Positions 1-10,100 of a stretch of 32,000 nucleotides of DNA are shown here, in pieces. The stretch covers positions 380,324 through 412,323 of the forward strand of contig DIHO01000019.1 in assembly GCA_002420185.1 (NCBI GenBank). The letters run 5' to 3'. Each line of letters opens with the position of its first letter. Within the stretch, counting starts at the first letter, position 1. This DNA comes from Opitutales bacterium UBA5694. GTDB taxonomy: Bacteria; Verrucomicrobiota; Verrucomicrobiia; Opitutales; Opitutaceae. Below the pieces are notes generated by a model. The model saw only the letters and a program-made list of their open reading frames with translations. It had not been told where the DNA came from and searched no databases. Both the position numbers and the translations under genes were made by a program.

Positions 1-733
1 TCTCCTTGAGTACCTTAATCACACGGCCGATATTATCATCAATATTCTCGCACATACCTAAGAATGAAGCTTCGCGTTCATCCAGACCTTCGCGTCCAAA
101 AAACCGATCAAAGTACTCATCTGGTACCTGATATGGACTGTGCGGAGTATTGAAAGAAAGATAGCAGAATAATGTTTCAGACTGGTTTTCTTTAATAAAG
201 CGAATCGCCTCATCAGTTATAACATCCGCAATGTAGCCAGTCGTTTCCTCAGGCTTTAATCCCCGCAAAAGTGTTGTATCAAAATAGTTGTTAACGTGGC
301 CGGCTGTAAAACCAAAAAAGTCATCGAATCCCTGCCCAGTCGGCACAAAAGGGTACTGGGCACCGTTGTGCCATTTCCCGAAGTATCCAGTATGGTAATT
401 AGCTGCTTTTAGAGCTTCTGCTATTGTCACAACATCAGGATCCATAGCCTCCTGGTTACGTGTTACTCCATGCACGCCACTCCGAACAGGATCCATTCCG
501 GACAGAATTGCGGCCCTGCTTGGTGCACAGACGGTTGAAACGTAAAACCGATCAAAGCGTACCCCATGACGGCCGATGCTGTCTATATTTGGCGTCTTGA
601 GTATTGGATTTCCATGAATGGAAAGATCTCCATATCCCTGGTCATCCGTGATTATCAGGAGAACGTTGGGCTGGCTGGAGGCAAAGGTGGCAACAGTCAG
701 GAAAATGGAAAACACACAACAGAGCTGATTCAT
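1..733 (-). CDS. Sulfatase (arylsulfatase family), N-terminal part; the 3' end lies outside the window
   Basis: Minus-strand ORF open to the window edge, so it is absent from the ORF track. ATG at 733-731. My translation reads MNQLCCVFSIFLTVATFASSQPNVLLIITDDQGYGDL...STVCAPSRAAILSG...GKWHNG. This gives a signal peptide, the DDQGYGD metal site and the C-x-P-x-R formylglycine motif of type I sulfatases. Confidence 0.9.
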   Translation of the reverse strand, partial: MNQLCCVFSIFLTVATFASSQPNVLLIITDDQGYGDLSIHGNPILKTPNIDSIGRHGVRFDRFYVSTVCAPSRAAILSGMDPVRSGVHGVTRNQEAMDPDVVTIAEALKAANYHTGYFGKWHNGAQYPFVPTGQGFDDFFGFTAGHVNNYFDTTLLRGLKPEETTGYIADVITDEAIRFIKENQSETLFCYLSFNTPHSPYQVPDEYFDRFFGREGLDEREASFLGMCENIDDNIGRVIKVLKE

Positions 734-747
734 AATTCTAAGTATAG

Positions 748-2619
748 TTACTTACTTGCCCTGTAGTTGCCGATGGCCTCGGTCACCTTAATTGCCCGGT
801 CGTACACATGAAGGGCATTAACTCTTCCCTTTAAGCTCTTCGCGACTGTCCAATGGCTGGCACCATTCAGGTCATGTAGCTGTGGATTTAAACGACCCCA
901 TCCGAATCGCCGCTGGTCACCACCATCATTCAATAATCCATCTACGACAAAGAGGATGACATTTGGGCCACCATCAACGATTATGCTGACATGGTGTTCT
1001 TGATTCAGTCGTGTAGTTATCGGATCACTACTCCAAGAATTCACCATCCGCCCGTCGCACATGGAGAACTCGAGAGAACTATCATCGCCGGTCTCTAACC
1101 AAAATCCCTTGCCCCATTTGTCACGGCCATCCACCAGCATTTGCCCGGGAGTCAGGTCCTTCAGCTTGAACGAAACCTCAATGGTTAGACCCGCGCCCGT
1201 ATCTTTACCAGCCTTGTCTGCCCGTTCTGAGCGCACGTAGAATGGATCAAACTTAACCGCCTTTATTTGATGACCTACCGTTCGGTTATTTAAATCCCAT
1301 GATGCAACCAAACCATTCTCACAGCGCTCACTAATGAATTCCTGATTCCACAGTAGCTCGATTAATGATGAATCCAGTTCATGCACTCGTGCCAAATCCT
1401 TCTGCGTCTCTGTAATGAAGTATTTCCCACCCTCCTCAATTAGGTCGGGATAGCTCATCCGAATCATGGGATCCTTGTCAAAGAGCAGGATCTCCGGCTG
1501 GCTCCAACTGATTATCTTGCCATTTGCCCCATCTTGTTCAACGCCACCCAGCACCCAAGCGGGATTGCGATCACGATAGGCGACCGTTCTCCTGTCGGGT
1601 TGCTCCCGTAGCCACTCGCCTCCGTGATTGTGGTACCAGTACAGATATTTTCCATTTTCACATCTCCAGGCAAAATTCGCCGCCCGAGGATTCTTCACCC
1701 TACGGCCATTACCGTAGCGCATGTATTGTGGTGGTTCCCATGTGTGCCCCCCATCACGGCTGTATGTATTGACTGGATGACCGTCGATTGTCCGGTAAAC
1801 GCAATAAATGGATCCATCGCTCAAAACCGAATAGCTTTGTTCACTTGCTATCGGCCCGCCTCCTTCCGGTGTGCGTAAACCGATGTCTCCATCCGGAAGG
1901 GTTTCCCATTTTGCTAGGGCAGGATCATCAGCGGTTAGCAAATCTTTGCTCTTGAGAAGCACTCCCTCATTGGAAGTGAAGAAACCTTCTCCAAAATTAC
2001 CCACTTTGATAAGCGGTACATAGGCTACTCCCTTAAGAATAAATGCCTTACCAACATTCCAATGGAAACGGATTTTCCCACCGTAAACATTCTGCCGATC
2101 TATTTCAGTCTCTCGGACGGGAATAATGAAGCGCTTATCTGACCAGCTTTTCCCATTATCATCACTGTATTTAAAAACATAATACCCGAAAGAATCGACC
2201 CGCGTAATGTTTTTGCTACTGGATGTGTCTGACGGATCCCGTTTAAGACTCCGGATATTGTCCGCATTGTAATTATAAAAGACGAACAATCGTCCATTGG
2301 GAGCTTTCAAAGGTACCGCATAAGACGCCTCCGGGCCTTCAGGGGATTCCACCTCCACCAAGTCCTGCCATGACTTCCCCTGATCAAAGCTTCGCTGAGT
2401 TGTGATATGCTGGGTATCTGCACCCTCCTTTCCCATAGCTGTTGTTATGACTACCATCCATGCACCATCATCCGTCCTTACAACATAAGGCTGGTCTGAA
2501 TAGCTCCTGTTGGGGATTCCACTACCGTTTAGAATATCCCGCCAGTCCGTATCAGCTCGTGCGGATTGAGAGCTGATGGATAATGACAGGGTTAATAATA
2601 AATGGACTACCTCTTTCAT
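748..2619 (-). CDS. Secreted BNR/sialidase-like glycoside hydrolase with a C-terminal LamG (concanavalin-like) domain
   Basis: 623-aa ORF with an N-terminal signal peptide. Three Asp-box/BNR motifs are present (FDQGKSWQD, SDDNGKSWSD, SRDGGHTWE). The C-terminal ~170 aa has a LamG-like pattern (GLTIEVSFKL...HHVSIIVDG...LFVVDGLL...LHVYDRAI). Confidence 0.8.
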   Translation of the reverse strand: MKEVVHLLLTLSLSISSQSARADTDWRDILNGSGIPNRSYSDQPYVVRTDDGAWMVVITTAMGKEGADTQHITTQRSFDQGKSWQDLVEVESPEGPEASYAVPLKAPNGRLFVFYNYNADNIRSLKRDPSDTSSSKNITRVDSFGYYVFKYSDDNGKSWSDKRFIIPVRETEIDRQNVYGGKIRFHWNVGKAFILKGVAYVPLIKVGNFGEGFFTSNEGVLLKSKDLLTADDPALAKWETLPDGDIGLRTPEGGGPIASEQSYSVLSDGSIYCVYRTIDGHPVNTYSRDGGHTWEPPQYMRYGNGRRVKNPRAANFAWRCENGKYLYWYHNHGGEWLREQPDRRTVAYRDRNPAWVLGGVEQDGANGKIISWSQPEILLFDKDPMIRMSYPDLIEEGGKYFITETQKDLARVHELDSSLIELLWNQEFISERCENGLVASWDLNNRTVGHQIKAVKFDPFYVRSERADKAGKDTGAGLTIEVSFKLKDLTPGQMLVDGRDKWGKGFWLETGDDSSLEFSMCDGRMVNSWSSDPITTRLNQEHHVSIIVDGGPNVILFVVDGLLNDGGDQRRFGWGRLNPQLHDLNGASHWTVAKSLKGRVNALHVYDRAIKVTEAIGNYRASK

Positions 2620-2837
2620 GATTTATAACTGATCTGAACTATTACCGATTGCCTCGTATAAGTGAGGCTTCCAACGATCTTCAAACTGTCAGGGAACCAT
2701 ATCCCTTGCAATCACACAGTATACCATCGCCACCAGCATGTTGACGAATAACAAGACAAACGACAATTCTCTGCGGATCGGTCCGATAGGGGACAAGGAG
2801 AACCGAGTGAGTTGATCTGTTACTCCGGATGTGTTCA

Positions 2838-4430
2838 TCATTCCATCACATCCTCAAACCAGTTTTCCAACTGGGATTTCAGTTCGCTGACCAATTCCGG
2901 ATACTGGTCTGCCAGATTATTCGTCTCACTTGGATCCTCCTCAATATTATAGAGCTCCGGTGCTCGTGCATCGGATAAGGTCCGCTCCACAGGAGGATTG
3001 GATATTTCCATCTCAAAATGCGGGCGATCGAATAATTCTCGATACGGTGGACCATCACTCTTGAGTTTTATCATGGCCTCAGGAATCCTGGGGTAATACA
3101 GCTTCCATGGACCATTCCGGACGGCTGAATTACAGTGCACCTCTGGATCATAACGATTGAACTGCCAGAATAGTGATCGCACATGATCATCTTGACCGGT
3201 TCGGAAAGAGGAGAGCAGCGATCGGCCGTCCAGTGGCAAAGTGGAAGCGGATTTAATGCCGGCGGCATCTATCAAAGTCGGGCGCCAATCTATGAAATGA
3301 CCAACTGGGTTTAGGGTTTTCCCTCCTTTAAATCCTTTTGGCCAACGAACCAGGCAGGGCACCCGTATTCCCCCCTCCAACACATCCTGTTTCATCCCTC
3401 TTAACGAACCATTGTAGCGGTCCATGTTATACTTCCCCTCGTCGCTGGAGTAATTGCCCAGCAGTGGGCCGTTATCGCTGGTGAAAACCACAATTGTATT
3501 ATACGCCTGGCCCGTTTCCTTGAGAGAATCAAGTACCTTTCCGATCCCAGTATCCATGCTTTCGATCATTGCGTAGAGGGTCGCCACACCCTTGTTGAGC
3601 TTCCCCATCTGCATGTATTTTTCCACCAGTTCCTGCGGTGCTTCCAACGGTGAATGGGGTGAGTTGTAGGACAGGTACAGCAAGAACGGATCCTGCCGTT
3701 TCACGCTAATAAAGCCTACCGCTTCATCCGTAAACATATCCGTCAGGTAGCGCTTATCACTTCTTTCCGAATAACCGTCCCGGTCGAGGATCCAGTTATA
3801 GTAATACATTCCTCCATTGAGAAACCCGAGGAAGTGGTCAAAGCCTCGAGCTATGGGATGGTATCGCATGTCATACAAACCGTTGTGCCATTTCCCGATC
3901 ATTGCCGTGACATATCCGGCTTGATTAAAGTCATCCGCGATCGTGGTCTCCTCTAAGGCGATTCTGTCCAGTCCACGATTGGATTCCACGGAAATGGCAC
4001 CTGTCCGGTGATTATAGCGGCCTGTCAACAGGCCAGCACGTGCAGGTGCACAGAGTGGTGAGGCGGAGTAATGTTGGTTCAGGATAAGGCCTTCTGCCGC
4101 TAGTCTATCCAGATTCGGCGTATTCAGAATAGTATTCCCGTAGCACCCCAAATCCCCGTACCCAAGATCATCTGCAAGGATGAATACGACGTTGGGTTTG
4201 CTGATAACGATATGCGAAAGGTCAGCTTCAGCTTTAAAGCGGATGAATTGGGTTGAATAAACAGCGTGAATAATCGGGCACAGGACTAGAAAGAGGAGAG
4301 AGAAGATGGCGTGTTTGATGGGGTGCATCTGTGGGGTAGTAGTTGAAGAATTTAGCCATCGATGGATGGTGGTGGGCTTTCGCAGATCAAATCTTCTCTG
4401 TGCATCAACTTTAGTGGTCCCAAACCTCAT
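2838..4430 (-). CDS. Arylsulfatase (type I, formylglycine-dependent)
   Basis: Motifs ILADDLGYGDLG, SPLCAPARAGLLTGR (C-x-P-x-R) and GKWHNG. The true start is probably the internal Met at 4328 (MHPIKHAIFSLLFLVLCPIIHA, a signal peptide) rather than 4430. Confidence 0.9.
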   Translation of the reverse strand: MRFGTTKVDAQRRFDLRKPTTIHRWLNSSTTTPQMHPIKHAIFSLLFLVLCPIIHAVYSTQFIRFKAEADLSHIVISKPNVVFILADDLGYGDLGCYGNTILNTPNLDRLAAEGLILNQHYSASPLCAPARAGLLTGRYNHRTGAISVESNRGLDRIALEETTIADDFNQAGYVTAMIGKWHNGLYDMRYHPIARGFDHFLGFLNGGMYYYNWILDRDGYSERSDKRYLTDMFTDEAVGFISVKRQDPFLLYLSYNSPHSPLEAPQELVEKYMQMGKLNKGVATLYAMIESMDTGIGKVLDSLKETGQAYNTIVVFTSDNGPLLGNYSSDEGKYNMDRYNGSLRGMKQDVLEGGIRVPCLVRWPKGFKGGKTLNPVGHFIDWRPTLIDAAGIKSASTLPLDGRSLLSSFRTGQDDHVRSLFWQFNRYDPEVHCNSAVRNGPWKLYYPRIPEAMIKLKSDGPPYRELFDRPHFEMEISNPPVERTLSDARAPELYNIEEDPSETNNLADQYPELVSELKSQLENWFEDVME

Positions 4431-4672
4431 TTACTCGTTACTGCTTTTGACGATCTACAGAAATATGCATAACTAGCTTCGATAGGTAGCCAAACACCTG
4501 CTTTGTTTACAATAAATCTGACTTGGTTAAATTGACAAGCAAATCATTTGTAATAAAGAAACGATTCACAGCCTAGGTAGGGTTGTGGTGTGAAAGGCGG
4601 CTAAAATCGAAACTAGTTACGGCACCCCGGAACTTTCCCCTACACAAATACATCAACTGAAATTTTAATTTA

Positions 4673-5545
4673 ATGAAAAGAACAGCACTTGTCACAGGAT
4701 CCAATCGAGGAATCGGCCTAGCTACTGTCATAAAGCTCGCTTGCCACGGGCTTAAGGTATATGCAGGAATGCGAGATCCGGAGACCAAATCAAAAAACCT
4801 TCTTCGTTCTATCTCAGGCGATGACTTAGACGTGGATGTTGTAGAACTCGATGTTAATCATGAAGCATCCGTCAAACGGTGTTTTGCTTCAATTGAGTCC
4901 TCAGGGGAAAAAGTAGACATCTTAATTAATAATGCTGGAATCGAGAGACGAGGATCGGTTGAAAAATGTCCTATCTCAACTTTCGAGGAAGTAATGAATA
5001 CGAATTATCTGGGACCCATTCGTTGCATTCAGGCAGCTTTACCGAATATGAAAAAAAGTGGTACAGGATTGATAGTAAATATCACTTCTGTAGCGGGCAA
5101 GGTGGCCGCTTCACCGCTTGCACCTTACACAGCATCTAAATTTGCTTTGGAGGCACTCTCAGACTGCCTCGCCCAGGAGGTACTGCCGCATGGCGTCAAA
5201 GTGGCGATAATCGAGCCCGGGATAATCGCGACAGACATGGCTGCTGACATAACCAAGGCAGAATACGATCCTGACTACCCACAGCAAAATAGGATGGCGG
5301 CCATGTTCGTAGAATCTCTCAAAAGCCCAGCATCGACTCAAATTGTAGCTGACGCTATAGTGGAGATCGTGGCTGGTAAAAGGGAAGGTTTACGGCATCC
5401 AGTTGGGCCAGATGCTATCCCGTTTCTTGAATGGAGAGAAAGCAAGTCAGACTCCGAGTGGGCGAATTGGCATAACGTCACTGACGAAGAGTGGTGCGAG
5501 TCGCTGGCAAAAGACTTTGGAATGAGCGTCAAATTAAGTGGCTAG
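4673..5545 (+). CDS. Short-chain dehydrogenase/reductase (SDR) family oxidoreductase
   Basis: N-terminal TGSNRGIGLA (TGxxxGxG dinucleotide-binding motif), NNAG motif, and the catalytic S...YxxxK (YTASK). It ends 40 nt upstream of the TIR gene on the same strand. Confidence 0.85.
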   Translation: MKRTALVTGSNRGIGLATVIKLACHGLKVYAGMRDPETKSKNLLRSISGDDLDVDVVELDVNHEASVKRCFASIESSGEKVDILINNAGIERRGSVEKCPISTFEEVMNTNYLGPIRCIQAALPNMKKSGTGLIVNITSVAGKVAASPLAPYTASKFALEALSDCLAQEVLPHGVKVAIIEPGIIATDMAADITKAEYDPDYPQQNRMAAMFVESLKSPASTQIVADAIVEIVAGKREGLRHPVGPDAIPFLEWRESKSDSEWANWHNVTDEEWCESLAKDFGMSVKLSG

Positions 5546-5585
5546 AATTTTTTATATGAACCCCAAAATGAAACTTTAGATCATC

Positions 5586-7088
5586 ATGAATGACATTTTT
5601 ATTAGTTACGCACACATTGACGACGAGTCCCTTGATGAGCAACAAAAGGGTTGGATCTCAAAATTTCATAGATCGCTTTCAGTCAAGATAGCCCAATTAA
5701 CAGGAGAACCTCCAAAGATTTGGAGAGATCCAAAGTTGCGAGGGAATGATGTGTTTGATCAGGCGATAGTGAATGAATTTAAGAATTCACGCCTGATGAT
5801 TTCGATACTTACTCCGAGATATGTGAAATCTGAATGGTGCCGGAAGGAAATAACTAATTTCTGTCGCAATGCTGAAGATCAAGGAGGACTCAATGTTGAA
5901 GGTAAATCGAGACTTATTAAAGTTATAAAAACCCCTATTGCTGCCCATTCGAGTGACACCCAGCTACCTGGCATTCTAGGGAGTATTTTGGGTTTTGAAT
6001 TCTTCGAGCTTGATCAAGAAACGGGCCGTGTAGTTGAGTTTGATGAGGCCTTTGGACAAAAGGCGAAACAAAGTTATTATTCTCGTATTTACGATTTAGC
6101 TACGGAGGTAGCCGATGTGCTTGTTGCGTTGGATAACGAGAAAGATGGGGATCAGGAATCCGTGATTCCTGCTCCAGATGAGGATAGCCAAATTGTTTTT
6201 TTGTCTTCGGTCACCTCAGACCTCGAGGAATCTCGTCGCAAAATTTCTCGTGAGCTCGTCGCCCGTGGTCATCAGGTAATAGGTTTAGATCCTTTGATTG
6301 CAGCCTCGGAAAATGCTTTGTCTGAAGCCACTGCAAAAATAAGCGAGGCGGATTGCGTGGTACACCTAGTAGGAGAGAAGTACGGCATCGTCCCTGAAGA
6401 TGCACAATGCTCCATACCTGAAATGCAATTGAATGCATCTGCCGAGCGTGCCTCAATCGATCCAAGCTTTAGGAGATTCGTTTGGATGCCAAGATCAGTG
6501 AATCCAACCGATCCCAGGCAAGTTACCTTTCTTCATGGTTTAATGGAGGACCCAAACCGTCAAAAGGGCGCAGAGATGCTTGAGGATACTTTGGATAATT
6601 TTAGAGACTACATTGTAGAAAAACTGCGTGTCCCGATACCCATTAGCACCCCGGCTGAAACGTCAATGCCGGATAGTGACGGAACAAAATCCGTTTACTT
6701 AATATACGACCTTCCAGACGAAGAGAACGTTGCGCCCTTGGAGGACTTCTTGTTTGATAATGGCTTGGAGGTTTTGACGCCAAATTTCGATGGTGATGAG
6801 TCAGAGATAAAGGAATCAAATATCGAAAAGCTCAAATCTTGCGATTCCGTCATGATATATTACGGCCAATGCGCTAAGACATGGGTCGATATGAAGCTCA
6901 TGAGCGTAATGAAAGCTCCCGGATATGGCAGGAAGAAGCCTTTTTCAAGCAAGCTCGTCTTCCTGGCACCGCCTTTTGATAGAAGGAAAATGCGATTCAG
7001 GAGCAACTTGGCTTCGGTAATAACTCAAGCGGACGAAGAATTTTCAGCGAAGGACCTAGAAATCGCTTTAGAAGAGCTAACGAAATAA
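5586..7088 (+). CDS. Triple-module TIR-like protein: N-terminal TIR domain, DUF4062-like module, and a third TIR/DUF4062-like alpha/beta module
   Basis: Module 1 (aa 1-~185) has DIFISYAHID...ISILTPRYVKSEWCRKEI, the classic bacterial TIR signature including the SxWCxxE glutamate (E88, nt 5847-5849). Module 2 (aa ~202-345) has IVFLSSVTSDLEESRRKISRELVARGHQV...ADCVVHLVGEKYG, which matches the DUF4062 pattern. Module 3 (aa ~368-500) has SVYLIYDLPDEE...CDSVMIYYG. Confidence 0.8.
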   Translation: MNDIFISYAHIDDESLDEQQKGWISKFHRSLSVKIAQLTGEPPKIWRDPKLRGNDVFDQAIVNEFKNSRLMISILTPRYVKSEWCRKEITNFCRNAEDQGGLNVEGKSRLIKVIKTPIAAHSSDTQLPGILGSILGFEFFELDQETGRVVEFDEAFGQKAKQSYYSRIYDLATEVADVLVALDNEKDGDQESVIPAPDEDSQIVFLSSVTSDLEESRRKISRELVARGHQVIGLDPLIAASENALSEATAKISEADCVVHLVGEKYGIVPEDAQCSIPEMQLNASAERASIDPSFRRFVWMPRSVNPTDPRQVTFLHGLMEDPNRQKGAEMLEDTLDNFRDYIVEKLRVPIPISTPAETSMPDSDGTKSVYLIYDLPDEENVAPLEDFLFDNGLEVLTPNFDGDESEIKESNIEKLKSCDSVMIYYGQCAKTWVDMKLMSVMKAPGYGRKKPFSSKLVFLAPPFDRRKMRFRSNLASVITQADEEFSAKDLEIALEELTK

Positions 7089-7100
7089 CCCTTCACGATC

Positions 7101-10100
7101 ATGAATAAAGAAGATTCTCAAAACCCTTTCCCTGGTTTGCGCCCTTTTTATTTTGATGATAGCTATCTCTTTTTTGGAAGGGATGCTCAGATAACGGAAC
7201 TTGCTAGTCGATTGCGTAAAAACAAATTCCTGGCTGTTGTTGGAACTTCAGGAAGCGGAAAGTCTTCACTCGTCCGGGCAGGCCTTCTGCCAGAGCTGTT
7301 GAGCGGCACCATGGTTAGTGCGGGTTCGCTTTGGGAAACAGCGATTATGAGACCAGGTGGTGACCCCATAACCAATTTGGCAGAGTCAATCGTACAGGCG
7401 GATCTATATGATCCCGAAGAGGAGGAGATCGTCTCTCAAGTGCGAGCAACCCTTACCAGGAGTGGTCTTGGACTGATAGAAGCCATCAGACAGTGCGACA
7501 TAGAGGAGGGCTCAAATCTTCTTATCGTCGTCGATCAATTTGAGGAGATTTTTCGGTTTAGGGGTAGCGATGACGCTAGTGACGAACAGGCGGCTTTTTT
7601 CGTAAATCTTCTGCTCGAGGCAACAGAACAAAGTGAGCTCCCAATCTATGTCATTATAACGATGCGATCAGATTTCTTGGGGGATTGTAGCCGATTTCCG
7701 AGACTGGCTAATTCTGTCAACGAGGGCGAATTTCTAATACCACGTTTAAATCGGGATCAGAGAAAAGAAGCGATAGAGGGTCCTATAAGAGTAGCAGGAG
7801 GAGAAGTATCCCAGCCTCTCCTGAACCGACTTCTCAATGATATTGGAGACGATCCAGATCAATTGCCCATATTGCAGCATGCCCTTATGCGAACTTGGGG
7901 ATATTGGGCAAAACATAGTGATCGTGATTCTATTGACTTGGATGATTACAGGGCGACCGGCGGCATGACAGAAGCTCTGTCACGTCACGCAAATGAGGTC
8001 TACGCTGCTCTACCAAGCGATGGTCACAGAAAAATAGCGGAAAAGGTTTTTAAGAATCTAACGGAAAAGATTGATCAAGGACGGGGAATTCGAAGGCCTA
8101 TGCCTTTTGGAGAGCTCCTTGAAATTGTCCAATGTGCTGAGGAGGATCTACGTTTAGTCGTAAACGAGTTTCGTGCCGCAGGTAGAACTTTTTTAATGCC
8201 AGCCCCGACGAGGAAAATTGATTTGTCTACCGTAATAGACATTTCGCACGAAAGCCTCATGCGAGTGTGGACTCGTCTCAAGGACTGGGTAGACGATGAA
8301 TCACAGTCGGCAAGGATTTACAGGCGTTTGGCTGACACAGCACAACTTTTTGAAGAAGGAAAAGCGGGCTATTATCGAGATCCGGATCTTCAGATCGCTA
8401 TGTCTTGGAAAGAAGAGGCACAACCGAATCACCTGTGGGCAGATAGGTACTATGAGGGATTCGACAGAGCAATGCAGTTCCTCGACAAAAGCTATGAGGT
8501 CACTAGGCAGGAAGAGATTGATAAAGAGAACGCAAGAATTCGCGAATTAGAATCTGCTAAGGCATTGGCGGCAGAGCAGGAAAAGAGAGCAGCCATTGAA
8601 AAAAGAAGTGCAAAAAGACTCAGAGTTTTGTCAGCTGGACTGGCATTGGCGGGCATTGCCTCTCTCGTTTTCTTAGCGTTTGCAATCAATTCAAAAAACG
8701 AAGTTAGCAATAAGATAAATGAGTTAGCGTCACGAAGTTTTCTTAGGGGACAAGAACTTGAAAAAAGCAAAGACGGTCTCAAGGCCTTGCCTTGGTACCT
8801 CGATGCAGTTGATCTGTCTAAAGGTAATGAATCGCTCAATGCAAAATATTTAAATGCTCTTTCAAATAAGCTTTCTAGTAATTTTATCCTAGAAAAAGGA
8901 ATAAATGTAAAAGACGTCTCGGAGTTGATCATCTCTGAAGACGGAAAGCTACTCGTGATAAATACAAACGCTGGTTTGTTTGGCGCGGAAAACAAGGTCC
9001 ACGTTTACTCATGGCCAGATCTGAGAGAAGTCTGCGAGTTGAAAATCGATGGAGTGATTTTTAAAACCAAGATTTCCCCAGATGGAGGTCATATATTCTC
9101 ATGCTCAAATATTGAATCAAAAGTTTGGAGTGTTTCGGCTGATTCTAAGACTGTTTTTCAAAAACCCTATTTTGGCAGCTTTTCATTCAATCCAAAAAAT
9201 GAAGGTGGATATCATTTGTTTGGATCCTCAGAAGGATTATCTAGAATTGAGAGGGACTTTAGCCAAGAGTCAGTCGTCCATAGCAGGAGAGTTGCTTCAA
9301 CGGCTATATCACCAAACGGGAATCATTATATTTCAATTGAAGAACTAGACCGCGAAACCACTGGTAGCGTGCCAAGTGCAGTCTTCAGAAGGCGATTATT
9401 TAGGTCAGGAGGAGTGCCCTCAAAAATAGTCAGTTTCAGTATTAAAAATGATTCCTTCGAACAAGATTTTGAGAGCGAGTTTGAAGGTTTCATCAGTCAA
9501 ATTATTTTTCCTGATGACTCGCCTGAAGGAATAGCGTTTTTCTCGGCTAGCCAATCTTCTAAACGCTTCACGCAGGTGAACTTCTCAATAGGCGAAGTTT
9601 CTAACGCGGCTCTACTAGATTTCGGTGGTGTGGATCCAGGAGAGCTTCAGATAAAATCAGGAGGTGATAAAGTTCTAGTCGCATCGAGTGTTGGCTCATT
9701 GCAAATACTCGAGAAGCAGCCAACTGGTTGGGAATTAGTTCAAAATTTTCCCCTCAGCGAGAATAGCCCCTCCGATATTAGTAGTAATGGATTGGACGTC
9801 CTGACGTCCAACTCAAATGGATCAATACAATTGTTGTCGGCAATTTCTGGAGATCAATTTGCCGACTCCTTGTATGGGAAAGTGGCGATTAAGGACGCGA
9901 TCTTCGGGCCATCTGATGATAAGGTCATTGTAGCACTTGAGAATGGTGAAGTTAAAGTTTTTTCTATACCCATCGGTAAAGTACGAGTTACTGGAACACC
10001 GTACCAATCTTCCGTCAGCGGTGGGAGGGGTCCTTGGCTAGCCGTCGATGGAATTGTACAATCGACTCGTTCTCCACGAACTCGATCTTCAGATGACTTT

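Noticed and set aside
566-766. 66-aa plus-strand ORF in the track.
   Set aside because: It lies antisense to the N-terminal signal peptide and active-site region of the clearly real partial sulfatase (1-733).
4532-4556. Sigma70-like promoter (TTGACA at 4532-4537 and TAATAA at 4551-4556) upstream of the SDR gene.
   Set aside because: The spacer is only 13 nt, and no hexamer at 16-18 nt spacing is a good -10. PVC promoter consensus is also uncertain, so it is not reported as a feature.
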